From NCBI RefSeq assembly GCF_009914755.1, contig NC_060928.1: a DNA stretch of 64,000 nt. One strand, given 5' to 3'. Of the stretch, positions 52,041 through 64,000 are shown piece after piece. Source of the DNA: the human T2T-CHM13v2.0 reference genome, Homo sapiens. The notes beneath the pieces were generated by a model, which was given only the letters and a program-made list of their open reading frames with translations, was not told the DNA's origin and made no database searches. The first letter of the stretch is position 1. Each line of letters begins with the position of its first letter. The position numbers and the translations under genes are program-made.

Positions 52041-53007
52041 TTTAAAAAGAAGATATTAAAGAACACAATAAATATGGCTAAAAACAAGACAGGGAACCAA
52101 GGATCACAAAGAAAAATGCAGATATAATTTACCAAATAAAAATAATATGGCCAAAGTCATCTCAAATGAAGCCAAAAGACAAATAATTGGCCAAAGAGCA
52201 ATAATAGAAATCATAAATCAAGGGTTGTATTCCTAATGTAAATTGATTCCCGTAAATTGTAGCATGGTGAAGTGCTCTTCTATACTATACGGTTAGTATA
52301 TGCAAGTGCTTGGAAAGTTTTTGAGTTTTTGTTTAATTAGCTCAATTTGGTGGGTCTCGACCTGGACACATATAAAGTAGACTAACTTCCTGTCTAGAAA
52401 AAATACCAGTCAGGCTGGTATATTTTTCACAAGAAATGAACAATTTGCATCCATATTTCTGCCATCTATAGAATGTGTTTTGAACCTCCACTAACATCAC
52501 AGACTACATACTATAAAAACATAGGGAAAACAATCGTATGCTGACTACAGTACTGTCTTGCATAAAGTTCTCCTAAGCCATTTGATATTTGAGAAATAAT
52601 TCTTTCCATGTATTTGATGATCATCAGGGAACAGGATTTCTAGGCCGTCATATCTCATCCTAACAGTCTTCCTAGTATCCTTCTGTATTTTGCTCTGTCT
52701 TCATTGAGAAGGTTTATAATAGGATCTTGCATTTCAGTAACATTTTCATGCCATTTACAAAACTGTAATTGATTAAATGACAAAATTTTACAATGTTAGT
52801 CAGATTTTCTATTATAGTCAGGAGATGAATTAATTCCTATTGAAATTTATTTCCAGCAATAGGGTGTTTTTGCTGATTTGTTCTTCTTTTTTAAAAATTA
52901 TTCTTCCCAGAAAATTTAAAATCAAATATAGAATTTTAACCCAGAAATTAGCTTCTTTCAGAAATCTTATAACAGCCAATCTCACCTCATTTCAGCTGGT
53001 CATGGTC

Positions 53008-53422
53008 TGATATGATTTGGATCTGTGTCCCCACCAAATCTCATGTCAAATTGTGATCCCCAGTGTTGGAGGTGGGGCCTTGTGGGAGGTGATTGGATCA
53101 TGGAGGCAAGTTCTTATGAGTGGATTAGCACCATCCCCTCAGTGCTGTCCTCATAATAGTGTGTGAGTTATAATGAGATCTCATTGTTTTTAAGTGCATA
53201 GCACCTCCCCACTCTTCTTCCTGCTCTGGCTGTGTGAAGTGCTCACTCCCCCTTTGCCTTCCACCATGACGGTGAGTTTCCTGAGGCCTCCCTAGAAGTC
53301 AAGTTCATGCTGCCATGCTTTCTGTACAGCCTGCAGAATTGTGAGCCAATTAAACCTTTTTTCTTTATAAATTACCCTGTCTCAGGTATTTCATTATAGC
53401 AGTGTGAGAACGAACTCATACA
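53008..53422 (+). mobile_element. MSTA/B solo LTR
   Basis: TGATATGATTTGGATCTGTGTCCCCACC...GAACGAACTCATACA. TSD TGGTC/TGGTT. Confidence 0.9.
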
Positions 53423-53908
53423 TGGTTTTAGTTTGTGTTTTGTATTGCTATAACAGAATACCACAGACTGGGTCATTTAGAAAGAAAAAACATTTATTTC
53501 TCACAGTTCTGGAGGCTGGGAAGTTCAAGATCAAGGGAATGCATGTGATAAGGGCTTTCTTGCTACATCATCGCATGGCAGAATGATCAAAAGAGCATGT
53601 ATATATATGTGTGCACTCATGTGCACATGTTCAGGCAAGACAGAGAAAGGCTGGGTGGGGGAAAGGGAGGGGGAGGAAGGGAGAAAGAAAGAGAGAGAGA
53701 GAGAGAGAGAAGAGGGCCAAACTCATTTTTCAGTAAGATCCACTCCTGAGATAACTAACCCATTTTTGAAGTAACAGCATTAACCCATTTATGAGGGCAG
53801 AGCCCTCATGACCTAATTACTTCTTAAAGGTCTCACTTCTCAACACTGTTGCATTGGTGACTGAGTTTCCAACACATGAGCTTTGGGAGGCACATTAAAG
53901 TCATAACA
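53423..53908 (-). mobile_element. MSTC/MLT1A-like solo LTR with internal GA-rich expansion
   Basis: TTAGTTTGTGTTTTGTATTGCTATAACAGAATACCACAGACTGGG...CACATTAAAGTCATAACA. Outer TSD GGTCA (52998-53002) / AGTCA (53909-53913). Confidence 0.8.
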
Positions 53909-54252
53909 AGTCATTCTGTGTTGAATTTTTTTAGACAAGAATACCTTTACAAAGTTTTAAATTTATAAAGTCATGCAAATCATTTTGGAAGCAGAATATA
54001 CAAATCCAACACTGTAAATGCAATGAAACTGAAGTTCAGAAATACTAATTAGCTGATCCAATCTCATGCTGATTTATAGTTAAACCAGGGATAGAGACAC
54101 AGTCTCTTGACTATTGGTACAGAACTTATCCCACATTACTTTCTTTATTGCCAAATATTTGTGAGATATTAATTCTTTAGAATTAGGCAAATTGCACATT
54201 CTAAGGTTTGACCACAAATCCCAAGCTCCAAGTGGGTCTTTGGAATTAATCC

Positions 54253-54547
54253 TTTTTTTTTTGTTTTGAGACAGAGTCTTGCTCTGTTGCTCAGGCTGGA
54301 GTGCAGTAGTGTGATGTAGGCTCACTGCAGCCTCTGCCTCCTGGTTCAAGCGATTCTCCTGCCTCAGCCTCCTGAGTAGCTGGGACTACAGGCGTGCACC
54401 ACCACACCAGGCTAATTTTTTGTATTTTTAGTAGAGATGGGGTTTCACCATGTTGGCCAGGATTGTCTTGATCTCCTGACCTCATGATTCGCCTGCCTCA
54501 GCCTCCAAAAGTGCTGGGATTACAGGTGTGAGCCACCACACCCAGCT
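54253..54547 (-). mobile_element. AluS (Sc/Sx-like)
   Basis: Full dimer. Flanks AATTAATCC / AATTAATTC. Confidence 0.92.
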
Positions 54548-54637
54548 GCAAATTAATTCATTTTTAAAGGCAGTTCCTCATAGTGGCTTTGGACATGAGA
54601 ATATTAGAAGAAAGTAGAAATATATGTAAACATCTAA

Positions 54638-58066
<3,429 letters not shown>

Positions 58067-59526
58067 CCTAAATGTGATATATGCTTATAAATTACACAGT
58101 ATTTCTTCCAAGATAACTTAATCAATCCTACTTTGTAAATATTCCTACCCAGGAAAAATACAAGTTGATATAGAACCAGAGGTATAAATTTCAGCTATTT
58201 TCTTTATGGTCTCTTCAACTTCATGTCTCATTTGACTTGCAGCCTAAGAAATTGTGAATCTGTTGGTGTTCTCCAGGTTTTTATAATAGTGGATTTGAAC
58301 AACCAATTTCCTATGAAATTTAAGCTATAATTTCCTTTTCAATGTTACAACATACCATATTATCTATCCCAATATCTGGTTTACAAGCCTCCCAAAGGCT
58401 CTTTCAGGTATATGCAGCATTACAGTATTTGCCAAGTAAAAAAAGTATTTCAGTTCCAAGGCTTGCATGAAAGGAAGCCCTGTGTATCTGTGGCTGCCAA
58501 ATTGGCTGAGCAATTTCTTCCTGATACTTCCTACTGCAGATGAAGAATATGAACAGGTGAACTGTTACCTTTCCCTAGAGTCAAAAGGGCCTTCCCACTG
58601 AAGTCCATTGCCAGTCATGCTAAATTAAACATTCTTGAAAAAACAGAGGGCAAAATCTTGGGGGCATCATTTTCCTCATATTGATCCCCTTGAAGTTAAT
58701 GGAAATGATATACAGAAGAATTGGGTGACAATGGTGGTGGCAAAACAGTTAGGTTTGTAGTACATCATCATCACCACCGTGACCAAATGCTTCCTAGAGT
58801 CTCCCACACGTCTGGATGGCACCAAGGTAGTTGTAATAGGTTTATAGTGCTTAGTTTTGAACTGTTTTTCAGGGTTACAATGACAATAGGTCATGAGTTT
58901 GCGGCAAGGGGAGCGGGTACCTCCCCACACCAACTCCCCTACAAAAGCAGCACAAGTGGTTGCTTTTTGGCTACAAGACAAGTAAGAAATGTGATAATGA
59001 AGTCGTGCCTTTTTATTTGCTCACTCTTCCAAAAGGTAGAATCTATCTCTGCTTCTGTTCAATATTCAGAACATTTATATGCAAAGGTATGTAATTAATA
59101 GATCTGGAAAAATAGTTAACCACTAAAAATCACTAGTGATAGAAATTGGTGGCAAGATTGCAGAATTAGGCAAAGAGCAGTAAGAAAAAAAAAAGTAATC
59201 CTGACTCTTGGTAGGCAGGTTTTATTTGGAAAGTCTCAGAGGTCAGCAATATTTAGGCAGGTTAGGTAGGTCAAGCCAATGACCGTTCAAATAAGACAAT
59301 GCTATCCTCATCATGAGCACAGATTCTGTGACATAGATACTCCAAGTATTATTGTCAAAAGGGAGGCCAGAATGACAGCCAAGAGATAGACAGAGGTAGA
59401 TGAAAGGTGGCAGTCTACATAAGACTCAGGAAAGTCAAGACGGTTTTCAGAAGATCCGAATCAGCCAGTGTATCAGTGACAAGAGGAGCTTAGTCATAAA
59501 ACATTACTCTCTGGGTATTGTTTTAA

Positions 59527-59884
<358 letters not shown>

Positions 59885-60069
59885 CTAAGAAATGTCTTTC
59901 ACTCTTCTAGCGAGATGGTTCATGAATCTAAGTCTGGATTTCTAGGGATGGGGACTCAACAAGTTACTATAATGCTACACCTTGTTCCTTCACAACACAT
60001 TGAAAGAAGTTCAGTTTATCATATGGAGATATCAGATTCTCTATAAAATTTATTAGGTGATCTCTATCA

Positions 60070-61370
60070 TTCATTATGGAAATTTCAAATAAAAACAGTA
60101 CAGAGAATAGTAAAAACAACTAATCACCCAACTTCAAAAATTACCAACATACAACCAATTTTGTTCCAACAATATTCCTTATACTTCCCTCCCACGACAG
60201 ATACTGAAGCAAATCTCAGATGGCATATTATTTCATCTGTTAAAATTCAGATAGCACTTTTTGTGAAAAATAAGGACTATTTTTAACATAATTATACCTC
60301 TCACATTAACAATCATTTCTTAATATCACCAACTATCCATTTAGTATCTAAATTTCTCTGATTATCTCATAAATGTCTGTTTACAGTTATCATTTAAAAA
60401 ATAATTAATTAACATATTAAATGTATTTACAGGGTACAAGTGCAAGTTCCTTACATGCATATATTGTGTAGTGGTGAAGTCTGGGCTTTTACTGTACCCA
60501 TCACTTCAATAGTGAACATTGTATCCAATAGGTACTTTTTCAACCCTTACCCTCTTCCTACCTTCCTACATTTTGTAGTCTCTAGTGTCTTTAATTTGAC
60601 TTTGTATGCCCATTGTTTAGCTGCCACTTATAAGTGAGAACACGCAGTATTTCACTTTCTGTTTCTGAGTTAATTCACAGAGAATAGTGTCCTCTAGTTC
60701 CATCAATTAGTATCATTTTGAATCAGGTCCCAAACAAGATCCACATTGCTTGGTGTGCTTTTTTTCTTATACGCTGGAAGAGCACATTATGACTTTTTAC
60801 TAACAGTTCTTCCTTCTTGTTTATTTTTTTCCCTTGCCATTTACTTGTTGAAGGAAACAGGTCACTTGTTTTTAGAATTTCCCACATCCTGATTTTAGCT
60901 GCTTGCATTATAGGAGGCTTAATTTAGCATGTTTCTCTCATCCTCTGGATTTTCTGTAAAAGAGTAGTTAGACCTAGAGGCTTGATCAGATTCTTGTTTG
61001 CCTTTTGGTAAGAACATTTCATTAGTGCTGCTCTGTACTTCTTATTGAATCACATCAGAAGGCTCATAATGTCTGGTTGTCTCTTTTTGTGATGTTAAGA
61101 TTGATCAGTGGGTTCAGATGATGTCAGCTGATCCATCCATCACAACTTTCCCACCAGTCCTTCAGGTAATGGCTTTAGTAGCCGTTAATTATTATCTAGA
61201 TGGATTATTTCATTAGGGTTGCAAAAGGGTTATCCTTTAATTCTATCATTCCATTTGTATTTCTTAGCTAGAATTTATCCATAAAGAACTGTCTTTTGTG
61301 GACTATTTAGATAATCTGGGAAGACGTTTGTATAGCCAAGGTAAGGTAACTATTTAATATTTTTCACTTT
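60070..61370 (-). mobile_element. L1MC/ME-type 3'UTR with nested L1PB-like 3' tip (~60420-60705)
   Basis: ATTATGGAAATTTCAAA...GAAGCAAATCTCAGATGGCATATTATTTCATCTG...GAATCAGGTCCCAAACAAGATCCACA. Nested GGGTACAAGTGCAAGTTCCTTACATGCATATATTGTGTAGTGGTGAAGTCTGGGC. Confidence 0.75.
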
Positions 61371-63004
61371 ATTTTCCTCTTTATCATTTTGAGGCAATTA
61401 TTAAGCCCTTACTCTAATGTGTCACAAGAAGGCACACACAAACCAATGGGAAAATCAGAGCTCTAGATGCAGAACTAAGGGACCTAATCTTGCCATTGCC
61501 TGGTATGTAGCAGCAAGTTTGTACATGTGACATATCTGACACATGCACTTCTCTGTGGTCTAAAGAAACATCTTTAATGATACGTCTTATTTCTATAAAA
61601 ATTTAATTCTCTAATTCCTATAATTTCTGACATTGTCAGGACCTGTATCTGCTGCCTTTAATCATACATACATTCTTAGTTCTATAAATATATTTGTAAT
61701 CCCACTCGCTGTACATTGTTTTTATGGTAAGCTTCCATTATTCATTACAGAAAAGATTCATTGAATATCTGGCTCCATTTTATATAGACTCACTATTGTG
61801 TGTCCTTTATCTTGCTTTCTACCTTAACCAATCTAGTAAGACTGCTTTTATTAAGTCAGCCACTTATTTCTGGCAAAAAACTATATATTTACCTACTATT
61901 TTTTTCACTTTGATTCTGCTTATTAGTTATGAAAACTTAGTCAACTCATCTTACTCCTCTAGCCTCAGTTCCTTCATTACTAAAATTGGGATCAAGAAAC
62001 CCTTCTCCAGAGACATTCTGAAGACTAACAAAGGTAAATTATGTGAAATCAGTAGTCATAGAGCCATTCTTACATTCATTTATCCTGTTCAGCAGTCATT
62101 GAGCTCTTTCTGGTGGTAGCTTCTAGGCTAAGTCCTAAGAATATGTAAAGTGAAACAGACATGGGCTTTGCTTTCAGGATGCTTCAGTCTGACGGTGAGT
62201 ATACACATTAAAAATATAATTGCACCTAATCCATAGGTGTTCCACAAATGATTGCCGTATTTGACAATTCAGCAATTTGACTGTTCAATTGTTGATTTAT
62301 TGCTTATTTCTATCCATTTATTAGAAATTAATGTTTAGTTCTGGCTCACTAATGTTTTCACGATATAGGTGTCATGAATTTCTTTACTGTGTTTGAAAGA
62401 ACGTATGACACTGAGTTTCACTTTAGAACTTCCTAAGTATTAAGTATATAAGTAAAAAATGCTGGGAAGTGGAGAATTTTCGTTTTGTTCATTCACTCAT
62501 CCATTTATCAACTGTTCAGTGCAACTAGAATAAGCAAGATGATTTCAGAGAAGATAGTGATGCTCAGATCAACTTGTTTTATAAGGCAACAGAGATGAGT
62601 TAATCAGAATTAGACAATGCCTCTTCTGTGTTTGACTGGCTATTATTGCCTGCAAATTGCATCAAATATTTTAAAGATTTGAGATGAAAGATTTGGATCA
62701 ATATGTCTGATTTAATAAAGCCACTTATAACCCGAGACAGATTGACCATACTTAAAAGAAGTAGGTCTAGATCTGTGAGATAAAGAAATGACTAGCGAAT
62801 GTCATCTGCCAGAACTGAACTCATATGTGCTTGTCTGTGGCTTTATAAGGAAAGTTGTGTACTTTTTATCTCATTTTCCCATTCTCATTGGTATTTCTTA
62901 ATTGCCAAACACATCTTTGGCTACTTGTTTTGTGTATTTAATACCATATTCTCTTTGTTGACATTGAGTTAGTCTACGACATATAGTTTAAAATAGCTAA
63001 GAGA

Positions 63005-63009
<5 letters not shown>

Positions 63010-63046
<37 letters not shown>
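63010..63046. repeat. (TG)18 microsatellite
   Basis: Uninterrupted TG run. Confidence 0.97.
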
Positions 63047-63049
<3 letters not shown>

Positions 63050-63288
63050 AAGCAGCCATTGAGATGACTCAGAAATCTAACTTCTGTTCAGGTGTGTAAG
63101 TTGGATTCGTGTCATATCTTTTAATTCTTAGCTTTATTACTTTTTTTTGCTGGTGATTAAAGGAGAACATATCATCTCGTTGATATTTTGCCTCTCTTAC
63201 TCTTTTTAATAGTTTGATCACAACTTATTTTCTCTTAATTGTTTCTAACTTTCTCATAACATTTCTCTTAACTTTTAGTTTCCAAGAG

Positions 63289-63666
63289 TGAAGGTATGGT
63301 TGAACATACTCTTTTTCTAAATTATTTTTCCACTCTTCTGTAAGAGGATTATGCTTCCTGGCTCTGTTGATATCAGATTTGGTCAAATGACTTGCTAGGC
63401 CAATGAAATGTGAGTGGAGGTAACATGGACTACTTTCTGATAGAAGCTTTAAGAACCATCATGTAGTTCTCTCATTATTCTCCTTCCTCTGCCATGTGAT
63501 AAAAATAAGGGCTGCTGCTTCAGTTTGGGTACCAGGATGAAGAAGACTTTCAGTGTGAATTAATGTGAATTGAGGCTGACAGGCATTAATGAGAAATAAT
63601 AAATAAAAATAGACAGCTCAGATTTGGGGGTCATTTGTTATAGCAATGTATTAGTTGACTAATACA
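63289..63666 (+). mobile_element. MLT1H/I/J-like LTR
   Basis: ATGACTTGCTAGGCCAATGAAATGTGAGTGGAGG...GAAGCTTTAAGAACCA...AGATTTGGGGGTCATTTGTTATAGCA...GACTAATACA. Confidence 0.7.
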
Positions 63667-63695
63667 AAGGAACATGCTAGTTTCATAAGCAGTGG

Positions 63696-63887
63696 GGCTG
63701 TGTATGATGGCTCACACCTGTAATCCCAGCACTTTGGCAGGCCAAAGCAGGAGGATTGCTTGAGGCCAGTTCAAGATCAGCCTGGGCAATATAGTGAGAT
63801 CCCATCACTAAAAAATTTTTAAACAATTAGCCAGGCAACATGTCTGTAGTCCCAGCTACTTGAGGGGCTGAGGTGGCAAGATTGCTA
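63696..63887 (+). mobile_element. AluJ, 3'-truncated
   Basis: Left arm with J diagnostics (GGATTGCTTGAGGCCAG, AGCCTGGGCAATATAGTGAGA) and part of the right arm. No tail. Confidence 0.85.
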
Positions 63888-64000
63888 GAAAAAAGAGGCA
63901 ACAGGATGGACTGTTGGCATAAGAAAGAGAAAAGAGCATGTATTTTGGAGTAAGGTAGATCTGGGTTTGATCAAGCTTTGAATTCCACTAGTTGTGAATA

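Overview
Primate, very probably human, genomic DNA. It is AT-rich, CpG-depleted and dominated by interspersed repeats, and I found no supportable cellular protein-coding exon. The long ORFs in the track come from L1, MaLR, ERV or Alu sequence, or are chance ORFs. Recognisable elements: two full-length THE1 (MaLR) proviruses; solo THE1, MST, MLT1 and MER4 LTRs; an internally deleted HERV-K(HML-5)/LTR22 provirus with a tRNA-Met primer binding site; nested L1s, including a twin-primed L1PA; HAL1, L2 and MIR fragments; six Alus; a piggyBac-type MER75 with TTAA duplications; a full-length processed 7SK pseudogene; several microsatellites; and a palindromic CTCF-like motif. I do not see a new gene system. 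The unusual signal is structural, a set of junction scars readable by eye: (i) a 66-bp-arm palindrome whose tip holds an 89-bp copy of DNA from 1,036 bp downstream between 11-bp direct repeats; (ii) an L1 insertion whose 5' junction carries a 55-bp fold-back copy of its own target flank; (iii) two more templated insertions inside L1s, with donors about 0.8-1.1 kb away (one seen, one inferred); (iv) two tail-less, 3'-truncated L1s with target-site duplications (TSDs); (v) two ~35-bp micro-retroinsertions; and (vi) a microhomology deletion fusing an ERV LTR to an unrelated L1. Subfamily names come from recalled consensus sequences and need RepeatMasker/Dfam confirmation. Boundaries of old elements are approximate.
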